Virus record (IMG/VR): IMGVR_UViG_3300042731_008413
Span: 19,421 to 83,420 of that record
Length of the DNA stretch: 64,000 nucleotides
Origin: a virus
Reading direction: 5' to 3' (one strand)
Below the pieces are notes generated by a model, which saw nothing but the letters and a program-made list of their open reading frames with translations, searched no databases and was not told the origin of the DNA. This document shows positions 1-9,329 of the stretch, in pieces. Each line of letters opens with the position of its first letter. The first letter of the stretch is position 1. The position numbers and the translations under genes were made by a program.

Positions 1-1
1 C

Positions 2-151
2 AAGGGGCACGTCAATATGTTCAACGTTGAGCAATTGCAAGAGTTGATGGAAAAGGCCGGGTTTGAAACGGTTGAGTGTTACCATGACCAACGGGTGGAT
101 GGCTACGAAACGCAGCATAATTGTGTGACGGGGTTATTCAAGAAGGGGTAG
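2..151 (+). CDS. C-terminal fragment of a probable class I SAM-dependent methyltransferase (5' end outside window)
   Basis: Frame 2 reads KGHVNMFNVEQLQELMEKAGFETVECY...KKG*. HxxxFxxxxLxxLxxxAGF is a typical C-terminus of class I methyltransferases in glycan loci. Confidence 0.55.
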   Translation, partial: KGHVNMFNVEQLQELMEKAGFETVECYHDQRVDGYETQHNCVTGLFKKG

Positions 152-153
152 GG

Positions 154-1113
154 ATGAACATTCTTTGTGTCAGTACCGCAGCCATTACCACGCCCCCCGC
201 CCAGGATGGCTACGGGGGAATGGAACGGGAAATGGCCTGGCTCATTCGGGGTCTGAAGGAGTTAGGTCATCACGCTGGTCTGGTGGGCAAGCCGGAATCT
301 AAGGCGGAAGTCGATATGCTTTACGCTTCCGATGACGAAAAGAAATATCCCCAATTGGTTAGTGAAGCTATCAAAGACTACGATATCATCATCGACTTTA
401 GCCACGATAAGACTATTGGGCGTGAGTGGCCTGACAAACCCCAGATCAACACCTATCAAGTGATGACTATTTCTCACCGGGTCAATCCGGTTTTTATTAG
501 CTATGGCCAGCGGCGGCACATTGGCATTGATGGCCCGGTTATCTATTATGGCATCGATTTGAATGTTTACCCCTGCTACGATGGCCCTCGGGATGATTAT
601 CTACTTTACGTAGGGTCCCTGATTATCGAGAAGCGACCTCATTGGGTAGCTGAGTTAGCTCAATTGACTGGTCACAAGGCTGTTATTGCTGGCCCGCGCT
701 GGCAACAGGAATATTGGCCGACTATCGACCAGTTCAGCCAGTTAGATCACGTTACGGTGTTGGATGAAGTGGCCGGCCAGGAGAAGCTGGAGCTTATTCA
801 GCGGGCCAAGGCTCTGGTTCATCCGGTAGGGGGCAAGGGTTGGGTTGAAGCCGGGGCTATTATCGTCCTGGAAGCCCTGGCTTGCGGCACCCCGGTTATC
901 TGCACTTCCAACGGCTGTCTGCCGGAATACATTTCTCATAACCTCAATGGTTTTATGGGGGCCAATGTCCCGGAGATGATGATTGGGGTCAATTCGTTGT
1001 GGTCCATTCAACCGGGTCGTTGCCGGCTGAGTGTTAAGCATTTTAATTATCAAAGGATGGTCAGGGATTACGAGTCGCTGGCTACAGAAGTGATTGGAGG
1101 CAAACGATGGTAA
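154..1113 (+). CDS. Glycosyltransferase family 4 (GT-B)
   Basis: N-terminal PP..GYGGMER, EKRP and EALACGTPVI motifs. ATG 154 follows the upstream stop. Confidence 0.9.
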   Translation: MNILCVSTAAITTPPAQDGYGGMEREMAWLIRGLKELGHHAGLVGKPESKAEVDMLYASDDEKKYPQLVSEAIKDYDIIIDFSHDKTIGREWPDKPQINTYQVMTISHRVNPVFISYGQRRHIGIDGPVIYYGIDLNVYPCYDGPRDDYLLYVGSLIIEKRPHWVAELAQLTGHKAVIAGPRWQQEYWPTIDQFSQLDHVTVLDEVAGQEKLELIQRAKALVHPVGGKGWVEAGAIIVLEALACGTPVICTSNGCLPEYISHNLNGFMGANVPEMMIGVNSLWSIQPGRCRLSVKHFNYQRMVRDYESLATEVIGGKRW

Positions 1114-1439
1114 GTGACAAAGATTTGCAAAAGAACGAAGTTGAAGAGATGGTGGAATTGCCGGACATTCCCGATCCCAAGCCAGGGCCAAAGACTACTG
1201 AGTTTTATCTGACCCTGCTTTCCTACGTTCTGGCGGCGCTGGTGTTGTATGGAGTGGTCACAGCGGCGGAGGCTCAGGCCATTCTGGACAACCTCAACAC
1301 CTTTATCGGAGCAACAACAGGGCTGATTGTGGCCCTGGGACCGGTGGCTTCAACGGTGATGTATATCTACTCCCGGACTAAAGTCAAGTCCGGCACTACC
1401 GAGGCCAAGGCCAAGCTGTTTGATTCGATGCTTAAATGA
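1107..1439 (+). CDS. Small membrane protein, holin-like
   Basis: KPGPKTTEFYLTLL motif (KTTEFW-like small phage membrane proteins), two hydrophobic helices, basic C-terminus. Confidence 0.55.
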   Translation: MVSDKDLQKNEVEEMVELPDIPDPKPGPKTTEFYLTLLSYVLAALVLYGVVTAAEAQAILDNLNTFIGATTGLIVALGPVASTVMYIYSRTKVKSGTTEAKAKLFDSMLK

Positions 1440-2134
1440 TCGTTATCGTCCCATCCTACAATGACCGCCCCTTTATGGAGCGGTTGTTGGAGTCGCTTTA
1501 CACTGAACCTCCAGGAGCTTCGTTTCGAGTCCTGGTGGTCAGCGACTTTTCCAACGATGGCACCGAGGAATGGCTTTCTAGCCTGAAGGGTGTCGATGTT
1601 ATTCGCCCCGACCAGAAAGCCTACTTCACCCGCGCCTGTAACTTGGGGCTAGAGTGGGGGTTGCGCTACACCGACGAGGAGTGGTTATTCCTGCTTAATT
1701 CGGACACCATCGTTACCCCGGATTGGTGTGGGGCGTTACAGGCTACCGGCAAAAAACTAAAAGCGGGCATTGTGGGGGCTACCCTGTTGAATATGGATGG
1801 CACTATTCAACATCTGGGGGCTTATGGGGTGGGGTACCATTTCAACATTAATAAGCATTGGGTGCGCTACCGACAAGACAGGCTGGTACCGTGGGTGACC
1901 GGGGCGGCGATGTGTATAAACCGAAGCGTTCTTAAAAGAACTGGGACTTTACCCCCCTATGCTTACAAGCAATATGACGATTCTGATCGGCGGTTTTGTT
2001 GGGAAGCTAGAATTAAGTATGGAGTGGAAGTTGCAGTTTCGGTGGGGTGTCAGATTTATCACGATACTCATGAGGCCCGATCCATCAGAATGAGTCGAGG
2101 GGATTACACCCGGAGGGATATAGCCGATGGCTAA
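1436..2134 (+). CDS. Glycosyltransferase family 2 (GT-A)
   Basis: VIVPSYN, VVSDFSNDGT, LLNSDT, WVTGAAM motifs. Confidence 0.9.
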   Translation: MIVIVPSYNDRPFMERLLESLYTEPPGASFRVLVVSDFSNDGTEEWLSSLKGVDVIRPDQKAYFTRACNLGLEWGLRYTDEEWLFLLNSDTIVTPDWCGALQATGKKLKAGIVGATLLNMDGTIQHLGAYGVGYHFNINKHWVRYRQDRLVPWVTGAAMCINRSVLKRTGTLPPYAYKQYDDSDRRFCWEARIKYGVEVAVSVGCQIYHDTHEARSIRMSRGDYTRRDIADG

Positions 2135-2618
2135 TATAGATTTGGTGCCGGAGTTTTGGAAAGAGGCGTCTGTGTCTACCAGGATAATGGCTTCAAAAAA
2201 AGGGGCTGTAGCAGCCTTTGCTGAGTGGCTTGACAAAACCCCCCCTCAGCAAAATCGTCTGACTCCCAGAACAACCAATTTGTCATACTTGTTTTCTCGC
2301 TATGGACATATTCTTACTTACGAAGGTATTTCCAGGGTGGGTGACAACGGGTTGCACCATTTCAAGATTGTTATTGATGCCCGACCTTGGGACGAAAGCG
2401 ATAAATCCGGCTTGGGATTAGATTCCGTATTTATTGCGAATCAGTTCGGGTTAGCCGGGCTACATATCAACGATATATCTTTTTCAAAAGGGCGACATGA
2501 CTTTGAATTGGATTTGCGATGTTATGGCGAGTTCAAAGGGATCAATTGCCCTAAGCCAGAAATATTACTTGACGAATGTGGTTGGGCGCAAGTTGGGCCA
2601 ACAATAGCGATCTTATGA
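2127..2618 (+). CDS. Hypothetical protein
   Basis: 163-aa ORF overlapping both neighbours in the operon. Confidence 0.6.
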   Translation: MANIDLVPEFWKEASVSTRIMASKKGAVAAFAEWLDKTPPQQNRLTPRTTNLSYLFSRYGHILTYEGISRVGDNGLHHFKIVIDARPWDESDKSGLGLDSVFIANQFGLAGLHINDISFSKGRHDFELDLRCYGEFKGINCPKPEILLDECGWAQVGPTIAIL

Positions 2619-3316
2619 CAGAAACAATCCTGTTTCTCCATATCCCCAAAACCGGCGGCACCAGCCTGATCCAGATTATGGAATGGCAGTACGGGCAAAT
2701 TTCCAAAAGCCCTGATGCTGACTTTTTAGACCTATCGGAGTGGCAACGGTTCAGCGGTAGATTCGATAAACAGGCCGCTGCCGGACATATCCCTTATGGC
2801 ACCCACGAAATCTTCCGGGATTGCCGGTATATCACTATCCTGAGACATCCGGTAGACAGGATCGTTAGCCTCTATCATTATATCAATCAACTGGCGGGTG
2901 GGGCTGTTGATTTCTGGAAGAATCTAGGTGTCACACAAAAGATGACTTTACTGGACTTTGTGAATTTACCGATAGCCAATTTGCGGAATGGGATGTGCCG
3001 CCAGCTAGTTGGTAAGCCATTCTATTTTGAACCAACAGACGGTTGGGGGATGACCCCTCATTATTATCGCAAGGCCAAAAGTAATTTGAAGCCAATGCAA
3101 ATCGGCATTACTGAGCAATTCCATAAAACAATTCGTAAGTTCGAGATGGAATTTGGTTGGAAAGTGGTTGATATTCCCCATCTGAATAAGGTTGATTATC
3201 CTCGTTTTGATATGTCTTCCGAAGCGATGTTTGAGGTCTACGAAGCCATCAAACGACATAATGAGTATGACATCTTATTGTACCATGCGGCTGTAGATTG
3301 GAGTGGCTTGCGATGA
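2615..3316 (+). CDS. Sulfotransferase family 2-like protein
   Basis: FLHIPKTGGTS (5'-PAPS binding loop) and LRHPVDRIVSLY (3'-phosphate binding). ATG 2615 overlaps the upstream stop. Confidence 0.85.
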   Translation: MTETILFLHIPKTGGTSLIQIMEWQYGQISKSPDADFLDLSEWQRFSGRFDKQAAAGHIPYGTHEIFRDCRYITILRHPVDRIVSLYHYINQLAGGAVDFWKNLGVTQKMTLLDFVNLPIANLRNGMCRQLVGKPFYFEPTDGWGMTPHYYRKAKSNLKPMQIGITEQFHKTIRKFEMEFGWKVVDIPHLNKVDYPRFDMSSEAMFEVYEAIKRHNEYDILLYHAAVDWSGLR

Positions 3317-4332
3317 CCAGATTAGCAATGGTGCGCGATCAACATCTCAACGTCTGGGACATTGGCAACTATTACGGTGTAATAAACCACGGCATCGAGC
3401 TTCTGGTTTGTGGTATGTCTCAGGCCGATTGGGATAGCATTATGGAATATTATCCCCAGGCCAAGTTCCTGAATTACAGCCATATCTCCGAGGTATTCGA
3501 GCAAGAGCCGGATGTAATCGATGTCCCAGATCCTTTCTATCCCTTCTCTCAATACTTTACCGAACGGTTTAAGCGAACGGTAGTAGTTGGTTGGGAGAAT
3601 CTACCGGGCAAGACGTTGTTTAGCCGGGGAGCGCAACGATGCCTGGAACAAGCCTGGAAATGCACCGCTCGCAGCCCGATGGCTCGCCACGAATTGAAAT
3701 TCAACGGGGTGCCGAATAGCAAGATAAAGGTCATCCCAGGGGCAGTAGATACCGATTTCTTTAAGCCTGACATACCGGTTGAGAAACGCCGGCGAGCAGT
3801 GTTGTTTGTGGGGCGAGTGACCCAGGAAAAGGGCTTTCTGGACATCTTATGGGCATTGCACCAATCTGGTATCCCTCTGTGGGTAGCCGGAGCATCTGAA
3901 CCACCTTTGCAGTACCAAAAATGGTTAGAGCAACTTGATGTTGAAATCGAATGGCTTGGTTTCCTGAATCGCACCGAATTACGAGACCTCTACCAACGAG
4001 CGGGGGTGTTGTGTGTTCCATCGATTCCGTTGGTCAACGACACCGACCCGTTTGCTCAATGGTCCGAACAGTTCGGACAGGTCTTTATCGAGGCAATGGC
4101 TTGTGGTTGTCCCATTGTTTCGACCAATAGCGGGGCTATTCCCTGGGTGGTCAAGGGAAGCAACCATTTGGTCGATCCCAGGGATTGGCCAATGCTTCTG
4201 GGGGAGATCAAGGCGTTGCTGGATAACCCGGATTTACGAATGTCGGCTTCGATTCTGGGGCGGCAATTCGCGGTTGAGTTTTACGATCAGAAAGTGATAG
4301 GCCAACGGATTAAGGAGTGGTACGAACTGTGA
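3313..4332 (+). CDS. Glycosyltransferase family 4
   Basis: LFVGRVTQEKG and EQFGQVFIEAMACGCPIV motifs. Confidence 0.9.
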   Translation: MTRLAMVRDQHLNVWDIGNYYGVINHGIELLVCGMSQADWDSIMEYYPQAKFLNYSHISEVFEQEPDVIDVPDPFYPFSQYFTERFKRTVVVGWENLPGKTLFSRGAQRCLEQAWKCTARSPMARHELKFNGVPNSKIKVIPGAVDTDFFKPDIPVEKRRRAVLFVGRVTQEKGFLDILWALHQSGIPLWVAGASEPPLQYQKWLEQLDVEIEWLGFLNRTELRDLYQRAGVLCVPSIPLVNDTDPFAQWSEQFGQVFIEAMACGCPIVSTNSGAIPWVVKGSNHLVDPRDWPMLLGEIKALLDNPDLRMSASILGRQFAVEFYDQKVIGQRIKEWYEL

Positions 4333-4598
4333 AGGACGCAGATGGAAAAAGCATTGATAATAATTGGATTGTTGATGCCATCTTAACCCATAGGCTTGTC
4401 GTCAGGCCATCGCTTTTGGGTCGCCAATGGATTGTAGGGCAATTCAAAGGTGTTACCGGAGATGGCAAGGTTTATTGTGTCCTGGAAACAGTTTGTGAGG
4501 GCATTTCTTTGTGGGATGCCGTTTATTTATCTGTAACAAAAATCAAAGAATTGCAGGAAAAGAATGAAAATATGTTGCTCGATGATTTGTCTCAATGA
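4329..4598 (+). CDS. Hypothetical protein
   Basis: Short ORF coupled to its neighbours (GTGA overlap). Confidence 0.45.
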   Translation: MKDADGKSIDNNWIVDAILTHRLVVRPSLLGRQWIVGQFKGVTGDGKVYCVLETVCEGISLWDAVYLSVTKIKELQEKNENMLLDDLSQ

Positions 4599-5280
4599 AG
4601 AAGATTACATTCAGGGGGCTATCGCTTCCATTGCCCCCTTTACCGACAAACTGGTAATAGTCGATGGGGGATCGACCGACAACACCCAACGGGCTATTGC
4701 CGAAGTTTGCAAAGACCTCGATCTGGATTATCGATTAGACCAACACAAGTGGACCAACGATTTTGCCAAGCAGCGGCAATATGCGTTGGATTTGGTGCCG
4801 GAGCATTTCGACTGGTGGTTTCGGATCGACGCCGATGAACAATGGGGACAACTCATTCGAGACAATTTCAAAGACATCCTGGCCTGCCTCCCAGAAGAAT
4901 GTCAGGCGATCAAGATCAAGCAGGTCAACCTGGTGGATGTAGACCAGGCAGAGCAACGATTCCTGTATTCCGCTTCCAGGGGTGGGTGGGAATCACACCC
5001 GAGAATTTTTAGAAATATCAGACTCCCGGACGGTAACCCAGCCTGGCGCTGGCAGGGGCAGGTTCACGAATATTGTCAACTGCTTACCCGGCAGGGGTTG
5101 CAGTGGCCTGACCCTATTGCTTGCTGGAACGTCAATTCGGTTCACTTTGGCTGGTTGGTCAACAGCCGGCGAGAAGACCGGGAAGAACTTTACGAGCAAA
5201 TACCGGGGTCAGGGTTCGTCAAGGGTAGTCTGACAGAACGCACTCATGTAGTCAGAGAAATGTGGCAGGGGCTTATCTAA
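4564..5280 (+). CDS. Glycosyltransferase family 2
   Basis: NEEDYI, VDGGSTDNT, DFAKQRQ, IDADE, WQGQVHE motifs. Confidence 0.9.
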   Translation: MKICCSMICLNEEDYIQGAIASIAPFTDKLVIVDGGSTDNTQRAIAEVCKDLDLDYRLDQHKWTNDFAKQRQYALDLVPEHFDWWFRIDADEQWGQLIRDNFKDILACLPEECQAIKIKQVNLVDVDQAEQRFLYSASRGGWESHPRIFRNIRLPDGNPAWRWQGQVHEYCQLLTRQGLQWPDPIACWNVNSVHFGWLVNSRREDREELYEQIPGSGFVKGSLTERTHVVREMWQGLI

Positions 5281-8200
5281 ATGGACATTGCTGTTTTTGC
5301 ACATCACGTTGGGTCTCAGGGTCTTAAGCCATCAGGACAGTATGGCGGTGGGGAACTTTTGACGTTTGGTTGGCTGTCGGCCTTGCAAAAGTATTACAAT
5401 GTAATGACCGTAGTGCCGAATGGGGTCTACCCAGCTTTCGATTCGGCCTACGAATACGGCATTGACCTGTCAGGTATCGACTGGCGACCAGTGGGGGATA
5501 CAGCCGACTGGATTCGGAAATATGATTGCCTGATAAACATCAGCCACAGTAGCTATATGCCCCCTATCTGCCAGCGCAATATTATGGTGACGATGTTCCC
5601 CCAACAGCCGGATTGGGATACGTCCGGCTACGATACTATTTGCGCTATCAGTCAATTTTCGGCGGACTGGATCAAGCGATATTGGGGTCGTGAAGCCAAA
5701 GTGGTTTATCCCCTTCTACCGGTGCAAGATACCATCGACAGAATCGAGCAAGCCGGCTACGAGAAGCAAAACAACATTGTAGCCATTGGCCGATTCTTTA
5801 ACGTGCCGTGGGGTAATAACAAGAGTCACAGTACGTTGATCTCGGCTTTTCAGGGGATGTATAAAGGTGATTGGGCCTTGACGTTTGTAGGGTCGGTCCA
5901 GGATCAGAAATATCTTCAAGAAGTCAAGCAAGCGGCCAATGGTGACCAGCGCATAAAGTTTTTTCGCGATCTCAAGCGGGAGCAATATCTGGAACTGTTG
6001 GGTAAGTCCAGGTTTTTGTGGCACGCGGCAGGATATGAAGCCACCAAACCATCTTCAATGGAGCATTTCGGGATTATTGCGGTAGAAGCTCAAGCCGCGG
6101 GCACCCAGCCATTTGTATTCAATGGAGGTGGTATTGTTGAGATACCTGGGGTTATTCCCTGGGACACTCCGGCCCAACTGAGTGAATACACCGTGGTTGA
6201 AATCGAAAAGCCAACCCCCAACCCGATGCAAGAAAATGCCCTGACTTTTGACATCGAACGTAATACCGAACGGCTTTTGGAAATTATCGAGGACCCTCAA
6301 GTGGTTGTTGTTCCCAAACCTGAGCAAGCCAAGATTTATGTGGGTGACCCCCATCCCAATGACATCAAAGTAGGGGTGATTTCAGATGATCCCAACATCA
6401 CCACTGGCTTTGGGGCGGTTAGTCGAGCAGTTGTTAAGGGACTGATTAAGCGGGGTTTTCGGGTGGCTGCAATGGGTATCCAGAACCCCATCGTCGGCAA
6501 GACCAAATTGGTACCAGAAGACATCAGACGAATCTTCGGAGAAGTAGTCAATAATCCCCAACTCCCCACAGCCAAAATGATGACTCGGGTGTTCGAGGAG
6601 AAGTTATCTGAACTGGAATTGTGTACCACCTGGCGGGGCTGTTCCCACGATCCCTCCGGGTTTGATATGATCGAGCAGTTCCTTAAAATCGAGAAGCCGG
6701 ACGTGCTTTATATCAATTACGACCCCGGCAACATTCGTAACATCCTGAATGGTATCCAGGATGCCCATGTTGACATCCCTATCGTGGCTTATGTCCCCAT
6801 CGAGGGTAGCCCGGTCATCCCCCAATACATCGAGATGTTACGAACCATTAAGGTGATGAATGGGGAGCCGATTGTCTATACCTATGCCGGGCAGAGGGCG
6901 GTAATGGAGGCTGGTGGACCAAAATGCAGGGTAGCTCATCACGGTTGTTTTTCTGGTGATACACTAATTACTTTAAGTGATGGATCGAAAAAACGCATAG
7001 ATCGCATTGTGGCAGATAAAGATCATAGTGTTTTGGGGACACATAATGGCAACCCGGTTATTTCTTGTGTTTATGATTGGATGACTATCCCAATGATGGA
7101 TAGTCATATATTAAAAATAACTTTTGACACCGGCGATACATTAAGAGTTACGCGAGATAACCTAGTTTTTACCCAAGATGGATGGATTAAAGCAAATGAT
7201 TTGGTGGTCGGTAGTAGGTGTGGTATAATCAATACTAGTACACCACACGCAAATGGAGACTATGATGCCAAATCAAAAAATATGGACCAAAGACGAGGAG
7301 AGTTGGTTGAAGGCCAATTATCCTACAATGACTCAAACCGATTTGAAAAAGTCATTGGGGAGAACTTGGCCCTCAATAAAAAGAAAGGCGCAAAGACTGG
7401 GCTTATACAGGGAAATAAAAAATCATCACAGAAGATGGACCAAAAAAGACTTGGATTGGCTCAAGTGGAATTACCCTTATCTGGATCAAGAAAAGATAGA
7501 ATCTCACTTAGGGCGAAAATGGAGAGCAATTCAAATAGCAGCCAGGAAAATGGGGGTAGCCAGAACAAACTCCGCCGTGTATCAAAAGTCAATAGATCAA
7601 AGGCCAAAACTAACATCGGAAGATTGGGCTTATTTGGCTGGAATAATCGATGGAGAAGGTCATTTGACGTTATCAAAAAGCAATCGAAAAAGTGGTTTTG
7701 TTTTGTCTCCAAAGATAGGGGTGGCAAATCAAAGCAAGGCTTTGATGGATTGGATAGTTTTGTCTCTTCCTGTTTATGTTCATTGCGACAATGGTGTAGA
7801 ATCTGGGTGGGGGTGGTGTTACCGAGCGCAGATAATTGGGTTCAAGGTAATTCATGTATTAAATGGTATTCTTCCATATATGAAAATAAAAAAAGAAAGA
7901 TGCAAGATTCTGATTTCTTTTTGCGAAAGAAGAATGGCTTTGGGGAATCAGGAACCGTATTCAGAACAAGATTTAGAGGATTACCAGAAGATGAAAAAAC
8001 TAAACTCAAAAAAGGCTTTTCGGTCTCTTGGGGAGTGATAACAAATATCGAATTGGATCACGAATCGATAGTCTACGATCTGAAAACTAGTACAAGTAAT
8101 TTTGTTGCAAATAATATTGTTGTTCACAATTGCGATCACGCCCCGTTCAGGATGCTTGACCCGGAAACCCGCAAGCAGTTAAAAATCGCTTGTGGGTGGG

Positions 8201-8922
8201 GCAATAAAAAGGTAATGATGTTTGTGGGGCGCAATAAGCGTACCAAGGGTTTTGGAACACTCCTTAAAACGGCCAGAATCCTCAAGGATATGGGCCGGGA
8301 TGACATCGTGTGGTATCTCCATACCTGGGTCTGGGACCAGATGCCCAACTCCTCGATGCCCCTGGATCAATGGGCAAAGCAGTATGGGATAGCTGATCGA
8401 GTAATGTTTCCCGAAATTCAACACCAGGTCTACGGCATCCCCTATGATGAGCCAGCCACCCACCCCCACATCGATGAGAACGAATTGGCCCAGATGAGTG
8501 AGCAAGACGCGGCCAGGAAACTGGCCAGGATTGCCTTTAACTCTCTGTCGCTTATCGAGCGATATGGTATAGCTACCGCGTTTATCAACGCTTCTGAAGT
8601 TGAGGGGCATGGCTTGACATACTTGGAAGCAATGGGTTGCGGGGTGCCGGTAATCAGCGTCGATGACCAGGGAGTTCAGCAGGAGGTCATCGGGGACGCG
8701 GCCCTGTATGTTCCGGTCAAACATTGGGATGATTTTCATACCGGAGCAAGATTGGCTCAGGGTGATCCCCAGGACTTTGCCAGGGCTATCATCGACCTGG
8801 TTGATAACCAGGATTTGTATAACGAAATGCAACAGAAGGCTCTGGAACGGTATCAACAGTTTAAGTGGGATAAGACGATTGATATTATCGCCAAAGCTAT
8901 CATTGAAAGGTACGTGGTATGA
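5281..8922 (+). CDS. Tandem GT4-GT4 glycosyltransferase interrupted by an intein
   Basis: Two GT4 signatures (EHFGIIAVEAQAAG; EGHGLTYLEAMGCGVPV). Intein between HHG|C and HN|C. Confidence 0.9.
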   Translation: MDIAVFAHHVGSQGLKPSGQYGGGELLTFGWLSALQKYYNVMTVVPNGVYPAFDSAYEYGIDLSGIDWRPVGDTADWIRKYDCLINISHSSYMPPICQRNIMVTMFPQQPDWDTSGYDTICAISQFSADWIKRYWGREAKVVYPLLPVQDTIDRIEQAGYEKQNNIVAIGRFFNVPWGNNKSHSTLISAFQGMYKGDWALTFVGSVQDQKYLQEVKQAANGDQRIKFFRDLKREQYLELLGKSRFLWHAAGYEATKPSSMEHFGIIAVEAQAAGTQPFVFNGGGIVEIPGVIPWDTPAQLSEYTVVEIEKPTPNPMQENALTFDIERNTERLLEIIEDPQVVVVPKPEQAKIYVGDPHPNDIKVGVISDDPNITTGFGAVSRAVVKGLIKRGFRVAAMGIQNPIVGKTKLVPEDIRRIFGEVVNNPQLPTAKMMTRVFEEKLSELELCTTWRGCSHDPSGFDMIEQFLKIEKPDVLYINYDPGNIRNILNGIQDAHVDIPIVAYVPIEGSPVIPQYIEMLRTIKVMNGEPIVYTYAGQRAVMEAGGPKCRVAHHGCFSGDTLITLSDGSKKRIDRIVADKDHSVLGTHNGNPVISCVYDWMTIPMMDSHILKITFDTGDTLRVTRDNLVFTQDGWIKANDLVVGSRCGIINTSTPHANGDYDAKSKNMDQRRGELVEGQLSYNDSNRFEKVIGENLALNKKKGAKTGLIQGNKKSSQKMDQKRLGLAQVELPLSGSRKDRISLRAKMESNSNSSQENGGSQNKLRRVSKVNRSKAKTNIGRLGLFGWNNRWRRSFDVIKKQSKKWFCFVSKDRGGKSKQGFDGLDSFVSSCLCSLRQWCRIWVGVVLPSADNWVQGNSCIKWYSSIYENKKRKMQDSDFFLRKKNGFGESGTVFRTRFRGLPEDEKTKLKKGFSVSWGVITNIELDHESIVYDLKTSTSNFVANNIVVHNCDHAPFRMLDPETRKQLKIACGWGNKKVMMFVGRNKRTKGFGTLLKTARILKDMGRDDIVWYLHTWVWDQMPNSSMPLDQWAKQYGIADRVMFPEIQHQVYGIPYDEPATHPHIDENELAQMSEQDAARKLARIAFNSLSLIERYGIATAFINASEVEGHGLTYLEAMGCGVPVISVDDQGVQQEVIGDAALYVPVKHWDDFHTGARLAQGDPQDFARAIIDLVDNQDLYNEMQQKALERYQQFKWDKTIDIIAKAIIERYVV
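7219..7258 (+). promoter_or_regulatory. Extended -10 promoter and RBS inside the intein, driving the nested endonuclease
   Basis: TGTGGTATAAT at 7219-7229 (perfect TRTGnTATAAT). GGAG at 7255-7258 before ATGs at 7262/7265. Confidence 0.7.
7262..8038 (+). CDS. LAGLIDADG homing endonuclease with N-terminal Myb-like repeats, nested in the +1 frame of the intein
   Basis: WAYLAGIIDGEGHLTL motif and ILPYMKIKKER. Two WTxxExxxLxxxYP repeats. The ORF track starts at 7253; the RBS favours 7262/7265. Confidence 0.88.
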   Translation: MMPNQKIWTKDEESWLKANYPTMTQTDLKKSLGRTWPSIKRKAQRLGLYREIKNHHRRWTKKDLDWLKWNYPYLDQEKIESHLGRKWRAIQIAARKMGVARTNSAVYQKSIDQRPKLTSEDWAYLAGIIDGEGHLTLSKSNRKSGFVLSPKIGVANQSKALMDWIVLSLPVYVHCDNGVESGWGWCYRAQIIGFKVIHVLNGILPYMKIKKERCKILISFCERRMALGNQEPYSEQDLEDYQKMKKLNSKKAFRSLGE

Positions 8923-9326
8923 GGCGCAGCGCACCGGTAGAGACCAAACCTTACGTCAAGCCCGAAGTCAAACATCGAGACCCACCCAACGGCACTTTCT
9001 GGAAATGTGCGGGCTGTGGGTCTGACAACTTCGGCAAGTTCATCGATGGTGAGCTTCATATCAAGTATCGGGAGCGGGTAATGGTAGTCGGGGGGATGGT
9101 TGAGGTTCATTGTCGTTTTTGCGGTACTCGTAATCAAATCGATTTGGCTGTGTACCCTTATAAGGTGCAGGTTCACTTCAATGCCCCGGAATTTGATGTA
9201 GAAATCACTGAGGCGGCCTTGCGCCTCGCTCAAGAGAACGGGTTGAATATCAGGCGACTTCAGGGGTCGGGTAAGGACGGGAAGATCGTGGTGGGGGATG
9301 TGAAGGGGGCTTTGGGGTTGAAATAG
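8919..9326 (+). CDS. Com-like zinc-ribbon protein fused to an E3-binding (PSBD-like) domain
   Basis: WKCAGC...VHCRFCGTRN (Mu Com-like). ITEAALRLAQENGLNIRRLQGSGKDGKIVVGDV matches the peripheral subunit-binding domain pattern. Confidence 0.7.
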   Translation: MRRSAPVETKPYVKPEVKHRDPPNGTFWKCAGCGSDNFGKFIDGELHIKYRERVMVVGGMVEVHCRFCGTRNQIDLAVYPYKVQVHFNAPEFDVEITEAALRLAQENGLNIRRLQGSGKDGKIVVGDVKGALGLK

Positions 9327-9329
9327 GGG

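Larger units (their letters stand above)
6946..8130 (+). mobile_element. Intein (395 aa) in glycosyltransferase
   Basis: Block A CFSGDTLITLSDG at 6946. Block B-like LRVTRDNLVFTQDGW. Blocks F/G VYDLKTSTSNFVANNIVVHN ending 8130, followed by +1 Cys. Visibly more AT-rich than its flanks. Confidence 0.92.
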
